From contig CALKJU010000067.1 in assembly GCA_937995535.1 (NCBI GenBank), positions 25 to 64,024 of the forward strand: 64,000 nt of DNA, written 5' to 3'. Position 1 is the first letter of the stretch. Each line of letters begins with the position of its first letter. Position numbers and translations under genes: made by a program. The notes beneath the pieces were generated by a model. That model ran no database searches. It worked only from the letters and a program-made list of their open reading frames with translations, and had not been told where the DNA came from. Below are positions 36,792 to 46,245 of the stretch, in pieces. The stretch comes from an uncultured Alphaproteobacteria bacterium (GTDB taxonomy: Bacteria > Pseudomonadota > Alphaproteobacteria > Geminicoccales > Geminicoccaceae).

Positions 36792-37718
36792 TTGGCGCTA
36801 CTCTTCTTCAGCGAGGACGACGATCCGGTCGCCTGGAGTGCCGCCCTGCGGGCGCGCCTGCCCGACCTGGACATCCGCATCTGGCCGGTGATCGGGTCCC
36901 CGGACGAGATCGAGGCGGCGCTGGTCTGGCTGCCGCCGCCGGGGCTGCTCGCGAGCCTGCCGCGGCTGCGGGCGATCTTCTCGCTGGGTGCGGGGGTCGA
37001 CGCCATGCTGCGCGACCCGACGCTGCCCGACCTGCCGCTCTGCCGGATGGTCGATCCGTCGCTGACCGCGACCATGGCCGAGTATGTCCTGGCCTGCGTC
37101 CTCTGGTACCACCGCCAGTTCGACCTCTACGCGCGCCAGCAGGCGGAGCGACGCTGGAAGCTCTATCTGCCGGCGCCGGCTGTGGCGACCCGGGTCGGCG
37201 TGATGGGTCTGGGCGTGCTCGGCAGCGCCACCGCCACGGCGCTCGCCGCCCACGGCTTTTCCGTGCGCGGCTGGAGCCGGACGCAGCGCGACGTGGCCGG
37301 GGTCGCGTGCTTCGCCGGCGCGGCGGGTCTCGAGGCGTTTCTGGCCGGCAGCGACATCCTGGTCTGCCTGCTGCCGCTGACGCCGGACACGGAGGACCTC
37401 CTCGACGCGGCGCTGCTCGGCCGGCTGCCCGAAGGTGCGCGGCTGATCCAGGTCGGCCGCGGGCGGCAGCTCGTCGAGGCCGACCTCCTGGCGGCGCTCG
37501 ATGCCGGCCGGCTCGCGCACGCCACACTCGACGTCGTGCGCGAGGAGCCGCTGCCGCCGGCGCATCCGTTCTGGACGCATCCGCGGATCCGTCTCACGCC
37601 GCACGCCGCAAGCTACTGCCAGCCGGCGACCGGTGCGGCGAGCGTCGCCGAGAACATCCGGCGGCTGCGCGACGGGCGGCCGCTGCTGCACGTCGTCGAC
37701 CGGCGGCGCGGCTACTGA
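36792..37718 (+). CDS. D-2-hydroxyacid dehydrogenase (GhrA-like glyoxylate/hydroxypyruvate reductase)
   Basis: NAD-binding motif VGVMGLGVLGSATA, catalytic region RGRQLVEADLLAALDAG..ATLDV..EPLP..HPFW..P.I.LTPHAAS. TTG start at 36792. Confidence 0.8.
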   Translation: MALLFFSEDDDPVAWSAALRARLPDLDIRIWPVIGSPDEIEAALVWLPPPGLLASLPRLRAIFSLGAGVDAMLRDPTLPDLPLCRMVDPSLTATMAEYVLACVLWYHRQFDLYARQQAERRWKLYLPAPAVATRVGVMGLGVLGSATATALAAHGFSVRGWSRTQRDVAGVACFAGAAGLEAFLAGSDILVCLLPLTPDTEDLLDAALLGRLPEGARLIQVGRGRQLVEADLLAALDAGRLAHATLDVVREEPLPPAHPFWTHPRIRLTPHAASYCQPATGAASVAENIRRLRDGRPLLHVVDRRRGY

Positions 37719-37733
37719 GCGGACGGGGGACGC

Positions 37734-38366
37734 ATGGCGGCGAAGGTGGTGACGGTGGCGCAGCAGAAGGGCGGTGCCGGGAAGACGACGCTGGTCATCC
37801 AGCTCGCCACCGCGCTGGCCGAGGCCGGCCGCAAGGTCGGGATCATGGACATCGACCCGCAGGGCAGCCTCACCACCTGGATGCGCCGCCGCGAGCAGCT
37901 CGGCCCCGAGGTCGCGGAGCTGCGCTTCGCCATGGTCGGCGGCTGGCGGCTCGGCGTCGAGCTCGACCGGCTCAAGGGCGGCCTCGATCTCGTCCTGATC
38001 GACAGCCCGCCGCACGCCGAGACCGAGGCGAGGGCCGCGATCCGTGCCGCCGACCTGGTCCTGATCCCCTGTCAGCCCAGCCTCTTGGACGTCTGGGCGA
38101 GCGGCCCCACCGTCGAGCTGGCAGCGCGGGAAGGCCGCCGCGCCGCGATCGTCCTCAACCGCGTCCCGCCGCGCGGCAGGAGCTTCGAAGAGGCCCGCGC
38201 CGCCGTCACCGAGCTCGCCTGCCGCAGCCTCGATGCCCATCTCGGCAACCGCCAGGCCTTCGTCGCCGGCATCGCCAAGGGGCTGGGCGCGGTCGAGAGC
38301 GAGCCGAAGAGCGCCGCGGCGGAGGAGTCGCGAGCGTTGGCCGGCGAGGTGGTCGGGCGGGGGTAG
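37734..38366 (+). CDS. parA: small ParA/MinD-family ATPase (type Ib-like, 210 aa)
   Basis: Deviant Walker A QQKGGAGKTT, A' IMDIDPQGS, Walker B LVLIDSPP. It starts 15 nt after the dehydrogenase stop. Confidence 0.85.
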   Translation: MAAKVVTVAQQKGGAGKTTLVIQLATALAEAGRKVGIMDIDPQGSLTTWMRRREQLGPEVAELRFAMVGGWRLGVELDRLKGGLDLVLIDSPPHAETEARAAIRAADLVLIPCQPSLLDVWASGPTVELAAREGRRAAIVLNRVPPRGRSFEEARAAVTELACRSLDAHLGNRQAFVAGIAKGLGAVESEPKSAAAEESRALAGEVVGRG

Positions 38367-38370
38367 GGCT
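38180..38370 (+). repeat. direct repeat, left copy (3' 187 nt of parA plus 4 nt)
   Basis: 191 nt aligning without gaps to 39293-39483 at a constant offset of 1113 nt. By eye there are about 15 mismatches (about 92 % identity), mostly in the last 50 nt. Similarity stops abruptly at both ends. Confidence 0.9.
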
Positions 38371-38548
38371 GTCCCGGTGCAGCGACGCACCGCGACCCGA
38401 TGGTTCCGGGCGCTGCCGCTGCAACGGAGCGGGGCGTGGTTGGGATGCGGAAGGTGTCGCCGGGATCCTCGCGGATCGCACACGCCTCCCCAGCGGACGC
38501 CTCCCGGGCCCGCGCACAGGCCCTGGCATTGCCCAATTCTTGACGGCG

Positions 38549-38577
38549 TATAGAGAAGCGCCCATACTCACTGCTCG
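38549..38577 (+). promoter_or_regulatory. sigma70-like promoter of higBA
   Basis: TTGACG (38549-38554), 17-nt spacer, CATACT (38572-38577), ending 6 nt before the higB ATG. It lies in a locally AT-richer stretch. Confidence 0.45.
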
Positions 38578-38582
38578 ACAAC

Positions 38583-38861
38583 ATGATCAAGTCGATCCGG
38601 CACCGGGGTCTGCGACGCCTCTATGAACAGGCGGACCCGAGCCGCATCGATCCGAGGCTGCGCGACAAGGTGCAGCGCATCCTGACGGCCCTGGATGCGG
38701 CGGCGGCGCCGGAGGACATGGACCTACCCGGCTATGTCCTACACCCGCTGACCGGCAATCTGCGCGGCTTCTGGTCGGTGCGCGTGTCGGGCAACTGGCG
38801 TGTGATCTTTCGCCTCGAGGGTGGACATGCCCGGGATGTGGACCTGATCGACTACCATTGA
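38583..38861 (+). CDS. higB: HigB-type (plasmid-maintenance killer, RelE superfamily) toxin
   Basis: 92 aa: [15 protein letters not shown]...[40 protein letters not shown], the textbook HigB/PF05015 pattern. Confidence 0.9.
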   Translation: MIKSIRHRGLRRLYEQADPSRIDPRLRDKVQRILTALDAAAAPEDMDLPGYVLHPLTGNLRGFWSVRVSGNWRVIFRLEGGHARDVDLIDYH

Positions 38862-38875
38862 GGAGGACGCGAGAC

Positions 38876-39214
38876 ATGGGCGACGAGAGCGAGGCCGTCC
38901 GCGGGCCGATGCGGACCCCCTCCCACCCGGGCGAGTTGGTGCGGCACGACTGCCTGGAGCCCTTGGGCTTGACCGTCACGAGAGGGGCCGAAGCGCTGGG
39001 CGTGTCGCGCAAGACGCTCGACAACTTGGTCAATGGCCGCGCCGGCGTGTCGCCGGAGATGGCCGTGCGCCTCGCGGCCGCGTTCGGCGGGTCCGCACAG
39101 GCCTGGATCACCATGCAGGCGCAGTACGACTATGCCCGGGTTCGGCAGCGCGAGGATGCCATCCGCGCGACCGTCAAGCCGGTGAAGCCGGCCGGAAGCA
39201 CGGTGCCGGCCTAG
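38876..39214 (+). CDS. higA: HigA-type XRE-family antitoxin
   Basis: [69 protein letters not shown] is the canonical HigA HTH. ATG 38876 follows GAGGAGG. Confidence 0.9.
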   Translation: MGDESEAVRGPMRTPSHPGELVRHDCLEPLGLTVTRGAEALGVSRKTLDNLVNGRAGVSPEMAVRLAAAFGGSAQAWITMQAQYDYARVRQREDAIRATVKPVKPAGSTVPA

Positions 39215-39292
39215 AGGCCGCAGCGGTGCCGGGCGGCAGCGTTCTGCCGATTTCGAGCCGGCGTCAGTCGCGTAGGGTATCCGCGGGATTCG

Positions 39293-39479
39293 GAGCTTCG
39301 AGGAGGCCCGCGCCGCCGTCGCCGAGCTCGCCTGCCGCAGCCTCGACGCCCATCTCGGCAACCGCCAGGCCTTCGTCGCCGGCATCGCCAAGGGGCTGGG
39401 CGCGGTCGAGAGCCAGCCGAGGAGCGCCGCCGCCGAGGAGTCCCGGGCGCTGGCGGGGGAGGTTGTGGGGCGGGGGTAG
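39293..39479 (+). pseudogene. displaced 3' fragment of a parA gene (62 codons + TAG), no 5' part
   Basis: The frame is conserved with parA: SFEEARAAVAELACRSLDAHLGNRQAFVAGIAKGLGAVESQPRSAAAEESRALAGEVVGRG*, against ..AAVTELACRSLDAHLG..ESEPKSAAAEESRALAGEVVGRG* in the intact gene. No start codon or Walker motifs precede it. Confidence 0.8.
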
Positions 39480-39483
39480 GGCT
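39293..39483 (+). repeat. direct repeat, right copy
   Basis: See 38180-38370. The flanks on both sides are unrelated to those of the left copy. Confidence 0.9.
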
Positions 39484-39749
39484 TTGCGGGTGTACCAGGG
39501 TGGCGAGGGGGCGCCAACCCACGGGTCCGCACTTCGCCACCACGGCCGAGGAGCAGGTGCCGTCGCGCTTGTGGCGCAGAAGGCGCCGGGCAGGCGCTTT
39601 GAGGTCCCCAGATCACAGCTTCGCGCTGGCGCTGCGATAAGTCGCTTCCCCCCAACTCGCGACAAAACCCGTGCAAAACCCCGAAATTGACGGATCGTGC
39701 ATGCTTGCGGGATAAGCTCGCCGGTTTTTCTACTAGCGAGTGAGCTGCC

Positions 39750-40460
39750 ATGCCGCTTTCGCCCTCAGCCCTGCAGTCCGAGACCTCGCGCCGCAACGGG
39801 GCGCTGGCGCGCGGCCCCGTCAGCGAGGCCGGCAAGGCCGCCTCGGCGCAGAACGCCCTGCGCCACGGCCTGCGTGGCGGGGGCATCGCGGTCCGTGCGG
39901 AGGAGTGCCACTGGTACGCCGGGCTGCTCGCCACCCATCTCGACCTCTACGCGCCGACCAATGCGGCCGAGGAGAGCCTGGTCGAGCAGCTCTGCCTCGT
40001 CGAGCTCAAGCTGCACCGCCTGGATCTGTTGGAGCTTGCCGCGCTCGATGGCGCGGCCGAGGGCGAACCCGAGACGAGCGCCCGGCTCCCGTCACTCGCG
40101 ACGCTGGCGCGCTACCGCAGCCGCATCGTCAAGGAGCGCTGGGAGCTCGAGCATCGCCTGACCCAGCTCCGGCACCGCCGGCAGACGCAGGGTGCCGACG
40201 CTGCGGCCGCGCGCGACGCGTTGCGCCAGGAGGCGCGCGCCAGGGCGATCGGCGCCGTGGCCATGATGGGTGTGCTGCAGAGCGGGGCTCTGACGGAAGG
40301 AAGCGCAGGCCGCACGAACGAACCCGGCGCGGGCGACCGGCAGACCGGCACGGACGAACCCGAGACCGGCGGCACGCCGCTGAACCGCCGGCAGCGGCGG
40401 ATGCTGGAGAAGCTGGCACGGCGCAACGGAGCCCAGGCGCCGACCGCCCGGGCGGCGTGA
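39750..40460 (+). CDS. hypothetical protein (Arg-rich N- and C-termini, central helical region)
   Basis: 236-aa ORF. N-terminal motif SRRNGALARGPVSEAGKAASAQNALRHGL, which I recall from uncharacterised proteobacterial proteins. Helical middle ESLVEQLCLVELKLHRLDLLE..IVKERWELEHRLTQLRHRRQ. C-terminal TPLNRRQRRMLEKLARR. A possible promoter is TTGACG 39687-39692 / GATAAG 39711-39716. Confidence 0.6.
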   Translation: MPLSPSALQSETSRRNGALARGPVSEAGKAASAQNALRHGLRGGGIAVRAEECHWYAGLLATHLDLYAPTNAAEESLVEQLCLVELKLHRLDLLELAALDGAAEGEPETSARLPSLATLARYRSRIVKERWELEHRLTQLRHRRQTQGADAAAARDALRQEARARAIGAVAMMGVLQSGALTEGSAGRTNEPGAGDRQTGTDEPETGGTPLNRRQRRMLEKLARRNGAQAPTARAA

Positions 40461-40641
40461 CGGCCGGAGGTGATGGTGCAGCGGGTGCGGCAGCGCCACC
40501 GGTCCCGACATGATCGCGCCGCGGCAGGAGGAGTGACCGGCCGGCCCGTGCCCGACCACCGATCTGGCATCCTGCCGGCTTCGCGCCTACATGGCGCTGG
40601 CTCGGGGCCACCGACGGCGGCGTCCGACGGGAGGGAGCGGG

Positions 40642-42009
40642 ATGTCAGCACCGCCGTCCGGCGTCGGCGCGCCGGTCGAGAACAAGGCGCAGCTCGTCGA
40701 GTATCTCGCCGAGGGGTGCAAGCCGAGGCCGGCCTGGCGGATCGGCACCGAGCACGAAAAGTTCGGCTTCACCCGCGAGGATCTGCGTCCGCTGCCTTAT
40801 GCCGGGCGGCGCGGGATCCGGACGCTGCTCGAGGCGCTGGCCGCGGAGTTCGCCTGGACGCCGGTGGTCGAGGACGAGCGGCCGATCGCGCTCACCAAGG
40901 ACCGCTGCAACATCACGCTCGAGCCCGGCGGGCAGTTCGAGCTGTCGGGCGCGCCGCTGGAGACGCTCCACCAGACCTGCTGCGAGGTCCACACCCATCT
41001 CGACGAGGTGAAGAAGGTCGCGGACCCGCTCGGCGTCGGCATGCTCGGCATGGGCTTCCAGCCGCTCTGGCGGCGCGAGGACATCCCGTGGATGCCGAAG
41101 GGCCGCTACGCGATCATGCGCGCCTACATGCCCAAGCGCGGCCGCCTCGGGCTCGACATGATGCTGCGCACCTGCACCGTGCAGGTGAACCTCGACTTCG
41201 CGTCCGAGGCGGACATGGTCCGCAAGTTCCGGGTCAGCCTCGCGCTGCAGCCGGTCGCCACCGCGCTCTTCGCCAACTCGCCGTTCTACGAAGGCAAGGT
41301 CAGCGGCTTCCAGAGCTATCGCAGCCACATCTGGACCGACACCGATCCCGACCGCTGCGGGCTGCTGCCGTTCGTCTTCGAGCCGGCGATGGGCTTCGAG
41401 CGCTATGTCGACTACGTGCTCGATGTGCCGATGTACTTCGTATACCGCGCGGGGCGGTACATCGATGCGAGCGGCCAATCGTTCCGCGACTTCATGGCCG
41501 GGCGCCTGCCGGCCCTGCCGGGCGAGGTCCCGACCATGAGCGACTGGCAGGACCATCTGACGACCGTGTTCCCCGAGGTCCGCCTCAAGCGCTACCTGGA
41601 GATGCGCGGCGCCGACAGCGGCAGCTGGCGCTCGATCTGCGCCCTGCCGGCACTGTGGGTCGGTCTCCTCTACGACGACGAGGCGCTCGCCGCGGCCGAG
41701 GCGCTGGTCGCCGACTGGACGATCGGCGAGATGCAGGCGATGCGCGATGCCGTGCCGCGGCAGGGTTTGCGGACGCCGTTCCGCGGCGGGACGGTGCTCG
41801 ACCTCGCGCGGACGGTGGTCGATCTGGCGCGCGGCGGCCTCGCGCGGCGCCGGCGGCTCAATTGGGACGGCCGGGACGAGACGGGCTATCTGCGCCGCCT
41901 CGAGGAGGTCGTGGAGCAGGGCAAGAGTCCGGCCGACCTCAAGCTTCAGGCGTTCGTCGAGCGCTGGGGCGGCCGCGTCGAGCCGCTGTTCGCCGAATTC
42001 GCGTTCTGA
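40642..42009 (+). CDS. gshA: glutamate-cysteine ligase, plant/alphaproteobacterial type (GCS2)
   Basis: [52 protein letters not shown] 40642 follows GGGAGGGAG. Confidence 0.9.
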   Translation: MSAPPSGVGAPVENKAQLVEYLAEGCKPRPAWRIGTEHEKFGFTREDLRPLPYAGRRGIRTLLEALAAEFAWTPVVEDERPIALTKDRCNITLEPGGQFELSGAPLETLHQTCCEVHTHLDEVKKVADPLGVGMLGMGFQPLWRREDIPWMPKGRYAIMRAYMPKRGRLGLDMMLRTCTVQVNLDFASEADMVRKFRVSLALQPVATALFANSPFYEGKVSGFQSYRSHIWTDTDPDRCGLLPFVFEPAMGFERYVDYVLDVPMYFVYRAGRYIDASGQSFRDFMAGRLPALPGEVPTMSDWQDHLTTVFPEVRLKRYLEMRGADSGSWRSICALPALWVGLLYDDEALAAAEALVADWTIGEMQAMRDAVPRQGLRTPFRGGTVLDLARTVVDLARGGLARRRRLNWDGRDETGYLRRLEEVVEQGKSPADLKLQAFVERWGGRVEPLFAEFAF

Positions 42010-42024
42010 GCCGGCCGCACACGG

Positions 42025-42789
42025 TCACAGGCCGACGGGGGCGAGCTCCGCGGATCGTGTGGCGTCGAGGGCTCGCACCGCCGCGACCTCGCCGATGACC
42101 AGCAAGGCCGGACCGGCGAGCGCATCGCCATCGACCAGCGTCGGCAGCGTCGCGAGCGTGCCGCGGATGGTGCGTTGCTGCGGCAGTGTGCCGTTCTCGA
42201 CCAACGCGGCAGGAAGGTCGGCCGGCAGGCCCTCCTCGATCAGGCGGCGGCAGAGCGCGGGCAGCGCCTTGTGGCCCATGTAGACGACGAGCGTCTGGTG
42301 CGGCTGGCAGAGCGCCCGCCAGTTCAGGTCGGGCTCGCCGTCCTTGGTGTGGCCGGTGACGATCACGAGCGTCTGCGCATGGTCGCGATGCGTCAGAGGG
42401 ATGGCGGCCGCGGCGGCGCAGCCGGTGGCGGCGGTAACGCCCGGCACGATGGTGAACGGCACGCCCGCCTCGACGAGCGCCTCGATCTCCTCGCCGCCGC
42501 GGCCGAACACCAGCGGGTCGCCACCCTTGAGACGCACGACGGTCTGGCCGGCCCGCGCCCGGCGCACGAGCAGCTCGTTGATCTCGGGCTGCCGCATATA
42601 GTGGTTGGCCCGCTCCTTGCCGGCGTAGATCCGCTCCGCACCGGCCCGGGCGTGGGCCAGGACGGCAGGGTGGACCAGCCGGTCGTAGACGATGACGTCG
42701 GCCGCCGCGATCAGCCGGGCGGCCTTGAGGGTGAGCAGCTCCGGATCGCCCGGACCGGCGCCGACGAGGTGGACGGTTCCGCTGCGCAT
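42025..42789 (-). CDS. cobA: uroporphyrinogen-III C-methyltransferase (SUMT)
   Basis: VHLVGAGPGDPELLTLKAARLIAAADVIVYDRLV, RLKGGDPLVFGRGGEE, VPGVTAA: class III tetrapyrrole methylase motifs; 254 aa. Confidence 0.9.
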   Translation of the reverse strand: MRSGTVHLVGAGPGDPELLTLKAARLIAAADVIVYDRLVHPAVLAHARAGAERIYAGKERANHYMRQPEINELLVRRARAGQTVVRLKGGDPLVFGRGGEEIEALVEAGVPFTIVPGVTAATGCAAAAAIPLTHRDHAQTLVIVTGHTKDGEPDLNWRALCQPHQTLVVYMGHKALPALCRRLIEEGLPADLPAALVENGTLPQQRTIRGTLATLPTLVDGDALAGPALLVIGEVAAVRALDATRSAELAPVGL

Positions 42790-42845
42790 GGGCGGCAATG
42801 GAGCGCGTCCGCGATGCTCCGCGCAAGCGGGCAGGCACGGTCGCG

Positions 42846-43589
42846 TCACGCCTGCGCGACGATCGCCATCAGGAAGGCGATCTCGGCGATCTGCTGCAAG
42901 GCGCCCAGCGTGTCGCCGGTGTAGCCCCCGAAGCGGCGGGCGAGGCGCCAGGCGACCAGCCCCGCCACCGCGGCGAGGGTCAGCGCCGCGACCAGCGCCT
43001 GCGGCGTGGGAAGGCAGGCGAGCGCCACGAGGAGCCCGAGCGCGCAGCCGACCGCGGCCCGCAGCGGCGGCGGACGACCAGCGGTGGCAGCCAGACCGTC
43101 GTGCCGCGCCGGGAGGTGGACCACCATCACGACGGGCAGCGCTGCGCGCGACAGGGCGCTGACGGAGATCAGGACCGCGGCCACCTTCGTCGGCTCCCAC
43201 AGGCCGGCCAGCGCGATCAGCCGCGCCAGCAGGGCCAGGACCAGCGCGATCGTGCCGTAGGTGCCGATCCGGCTGTCGCGCATGATCGCCAGCGCCCGCT
43301 CGCGGTCCTCGCCAGCGCCGAGGGCGTCGGCCGTGTCGGCGAGCCCGTCCTCGTGGAGCGCCCCGGTGACCATGACGAGCGTGACCAGCGCCGCGATCGA
43401 AGCGGGAAGCGACGGCAGGCCGATCAGGATCGCGGTCCAGTAGGCGAACGCGGCGAGGGCGCCGACCAGCGCGCCGACGAGCGGAAAGAGGTGCGCCGCC
43501 GCGGCGAGATCGCGCAGGCTCGGCGCCGCGTCGCCGCGCACCGGCAGGCGGGTCAGGAAGGTCAGCGCGACCTTGAGGTCGTGGAGCAA
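42846..43589 (-). CDS. cobS: adenosylcobinamide-GDP ribazoletransferase (cobalamin synthase; CobS in Salmonella naming, CobV in P. denitrificans naming)
   Basis: LKVALTFLTRLPV, HEDGLADTADALG, polytopic membrane protein. The preferred start is TTG 43589, 6 nt after GGCGGAGG; the ORF is open to GTG 43664. Confidence 0.85.
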   Translation of the reverse strand: MLHDLKVALTFLTRLPVRGDAAPSLRDLAAAAHLFPLVGALVGALAAFAYWTAILIGLPSLPASIAALVTLVMVTGALHEDGLADTADALGAGEDRERALAIMRDSRIGTYGTIALVLALLARLIALAGLWEPTKVAAVLISVSALSRAALPVVMVVHLPARHDGLAATAGRPPPLRAAVGCALGLLVALACLPTPQALVAALTLAAVAGLVAWRLARRFGGYTGDTLGALQQIAEIAFLMAIVAQA

Positions 43590-43703
43590 GCGCGGCCTCC
43601 GCCGGCGCCACCCCGTGGACAGGTGCGGCCGGTGCGGCGAGAAGGGCACGCCGCTGCCAAGCACGTGCGTGGCCGTCGCGGCAAGCCTCTCGGATCATCG
43701 CCA

Positions 43704-44765
43704 ATGCCAGATCTCACCGACCTGCGCCGCCTGCTCGACGACCTCCCGCCTGCGGACGACGGCGCGGCCGCGGCGGCGGCGGCGCGGGAGGCGCAGCTCA
43801 CCAAGCCGGCAGGCTCGCTCGGCCGGCTGGAGACGCTGACCCGGTGGCTCGCGACCTGGCAGGAACGGCATCCACCCGAGCTGCGGCGCGTCCGGGTCGC
43901 GGTGTTCGCCGGACGGCACGGCGTCTGCGCCCGCGGCGTCTCGGCCTATCCGGCCGAGGTGACGGATCAGATGGTGCGCAACTTCACCGCCGGTGGCGCG
44001 GCGATCAACCAGCTCTGCCGGCTGGCCGGTGCCGAGCTCGTCGTCGAGGATGCGGGCGCGGGTCGCGCGACGGCCGACTTCGTGACGGCGGCGGCGATGA
44101 GCGAGGCCGAGTGCCGCGCGGCGCTCGACCTCGGCCGCAGCGTTGTCGCCGACGATCTGTCGCTGCTCGGACTGGGCGAGATGGGGATCGGCAACACGAC
44201 CGCGGCGGCGGCCCTGGCGACAGCGCTGCTCGGTGGCAGGGCCGAGGACTGGTGTGGCCCGGGAACGGGGCTCGACGAGGCCGGTGTCGCCCGCAAGGCG
44301 CGGGTCGTCGGCGCGGCGTTGGACTATCATGGCGGCGCGCTTGCCGATCCGCTGGAGGCGCTGCGTCGGGTGGGCGGGTTCGAGCTGGCGGCGATCGTCG
44401 GTGCCGTGCTCGAGGCCCGGCGCCGCCGCGTTCCGGTGCTTCTCGACGGGTTCGTGGTGACCGCTGCCGCGGCCGTGCTGTGGCGCCTGCGCGAGGAGGC
44501 ACTGGCGCATTGCCAGGCCGCCCATCGCTCCGCCGAGCCGGGGCACCGCCGGCTGCTCGAGCGGCTGGGCCTCGTGCCCCTGCTCGATCTGCAGATGCGC
44601 CTCGGCGAGGGCTCGGGCGCGGCGCTGGCGATCCCGCTCCTGCGCGCCGCTCTCGCCTGCCATACGGGCATGGCGACCTTCGCCGCGGCGGGGGTGAGCG
44701 AGGCGGCTCAGCTGCCCGACAGGACGACCAGCAGCCAGACCAGCAGCCCGCCGGCTGCGGTGTAG
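43704..44765 (+). CDS. cobT: nicotinate-nucleotide-dimethylbenzimidazole phosphoribosyltransferase
   Basis: LTKPAGSLGRLE, FAGRHGV, GEMGIGNTTAAAAL, LGEGSGAALA motifs. The last about 20 codons overlap the convergent permease gene. Confidence 0.9.
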   Translation: MPDLTDLRRLLDDLPPADDGAAAAAAAREAQLTKPAGSLGRLETLTRWLATWQERHPPELRRVRVAVFAGRHGVCARGVSAYPAEVTDQMVRNFTAGGAAINQLCRLAGAELVVEDAGAGRATADFVTAAAMSEAECRAALDLGRSVVADDLSLLGLGEMGIGNTTAAAALATALLGGRAEDWCGPGTGLDEAGVARKARVVGAALDYHGGALADPLEALRRVGGFELAAIVGAVLEARRRRVPVLLDGFVVTAAAAVLWRLREEALAHCQAAHRSAEPGHRRLLERLGLVPLLDLQMRLGEGSGAALAIPLLRAALACHTGMATFAAAGVSEAAQLPDRTTSSQTSSPPAAV

Positions 44766-46213
44766 ACGAGGCAGGGCAGGAGCGTCGCGCGCAGCACCTC
44801 GCCTTCGCGGCCGGCGAGACCGACCGTGGCGCCGCCGGCGACGATGTTGTGCGGGCAGACGATGTTGCCGACCGCGGCGCCGAAGGCCTGCGCACCGAGG
44901 ATCGTCAGCGGCGGCAGGCGCAGCGTCTCGGCCACGCGGACCTGGAAGTCGGTGAACAGGATGTTCGAGGCGGTCGCCGAGCCGGTGACGAAGGTGCCGA
45001 GCACGCCGACCGCCGGGGCCACGGCCGGCCAGGCGGCGCCGGCGAGCGCCGCCGCGGCCATGGCCAGCGTGTCGATCATGCCGGCGTGGACCATGATCCG
45101 CGCGAGGCCCAGCATGGCGAGCAGCGCCACGACCACCGGTGCGAGCCGGCGCGCGGCTTCGGCCATCGCGGCGAGCAGGTCCGCCGTGGCGCCGCGCTGC
45201 GCCAGGCCACCCGCCACGAACGCCAGGAGCAGCATCGTGCCGGGATGGTAGAGAGGCTGGAAGCTCCCGGCGAAGCCACCCGGCAGATGCCAGGCGATCT
45301 CGACCGCCCGCAGCGCCTCACCGAGCGGTGCGACGAGGCGCGTGACGAGGATCAGGACGACCAGGACGAGGTAGGGCAGCGCGGCGCGCAGCGTGCCCGG
45401 ATCCGAGCTCGGCGCGGGCACGCTCGACGTGCGCTGCCGGAGGACGAGGACGAAGGCGAGCCCGCCGAGAAGCGCTCCGCCGAGCGTCGGCAGCTCCGGG
45501 CCGATCAGCGTCGCGAGGGCGAGGTAGGGAACGAGGAACAGGACGGCGGCGACGAGCGCCAGCCGCCACAGCGGTCCCGGCAGCTCGCGGCCCGTCGCGC
45601 GCAGCATGAAGACGATCAGGATCCAGCCCAGCAGGGCGTGCAGCAGCCCCGGCGTGGCGGACAGAGCCCCCGGCGTGAAGCCGGTGGCGGCCGCCTGGGG
45701 CAGGATGGGTGTGCCGACCGCGCCGAACGAAACGCCGACGCTGTGGCCGATCAGCGCCATCGCCACGGCCTGGGTCGGCGAGAAGCCGAGCGTGACGAGG
45801 ATCGGCGCGGCGAGCGCGACGGGCGTGCCGAAGCCGGCCGCACCCTCGACGAACAGCGCGAAGAACCAGGCGATCAGCAGAACCAGCACCAGCGGGTCGG
45901 CGGAGAGGTGTTCGAGCCGCCGCCGGAGAAGGTCGACAGCACCGCGCCGCACCTGCAGGCCGTGGATGCACAGCGCCGGGAAGATGATCCAGAGGATGGT
46001 GGTGGCGATGAAGCCCGCTTCGAGGAGGGCACCGCCGAACGCCCCGACAGGCCCGGGCGCGTCCAGGTCCCGCCCGCCGAAATCGAAGGCGAGGAGCGCC
46101 AGCGTGCTGGCCAGCGCGAGCGCCACGAGCCCCGCCCGCGCCGCGGACCAGCGCAGCCCGATCATCAGCGCGAGCACGAGCGCAATCGGCGACGCGGCAA
46201 GCAGCGCCGCCAT
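44708..46213 (-). CDS. L-lactate/glycolate permease (LctP) family transporter
   Basis: 501-aa polytopic protein. The N-terminus SPIALVLALMIGLRWSAARAGLV and overall pattern resemble LctP. The family call is from memory. Confidence 0.65.
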   Translation of the reverse strand: MAALLAASPIALVLALMIGLRWSAARAGLVALALASTLALLAFDFGGRDLDAPGPVGAFGGALLEAGFIATTILWIIFPALCIHGLQVRRGAVDLLRRRLEHLSADPLVLVLLIAWFFALFVEGAAGFGTPVALAAPILVTLGFSPTQAVAMALIGHSVGVSFGAVGTPILPQAAATGFTPGALSATPGLLHALLGWILIVFMLRATGRELPGPLWRLALVAAVLFLVPYLALATLIGPELPTLGGALLGGLAFVLVLRQRTSSVPAPSSDPGTLRAALPYLVLVVLILVTRLVAPLGEALRAVEIAWHLPGGFAGSFQPLYHPGTMLLLAFVAGGLAQRGATADLLAAMAEAARRLAPVVVALLAMLGLARIMVHAGMIDTLAMAAAALAGAAWPAVAPAVGVLGTFVTGSATASNILFTDFQVRVAETLRLPPLTILGAQAFGAAVGNIVCPHNIVAGGATVGLAGREGEVLRATLLPCLVYTAAGGLLVWLLVVLSGS

Positions 46214-46245
46214 CGGTCGCGAGCGCCGGCGAGAAGCGGTCGGGG

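Noticed and set aside
37734-40460. Interpreting parA plus the 236-aa ORF as a McdA/McdB-type carboxysome positioning pair or a plasmid partition locus.
   Set aside because: No carboxysome, replication or centromere-like repeat features are nearby. The 236-aa protein lacks the C-terminal Trp and other McdB hallmarks, and the surrounding genes are chromosomal housekeeping.
43590-43703. Riboswitch or other structured leader between divergent cobS and cobT.
   Set aside because: At 114 nt, or only 39 nt if the upstream GTG start of cobS is used, no B12-box or GGGAA/CCCGC blocks are visible.
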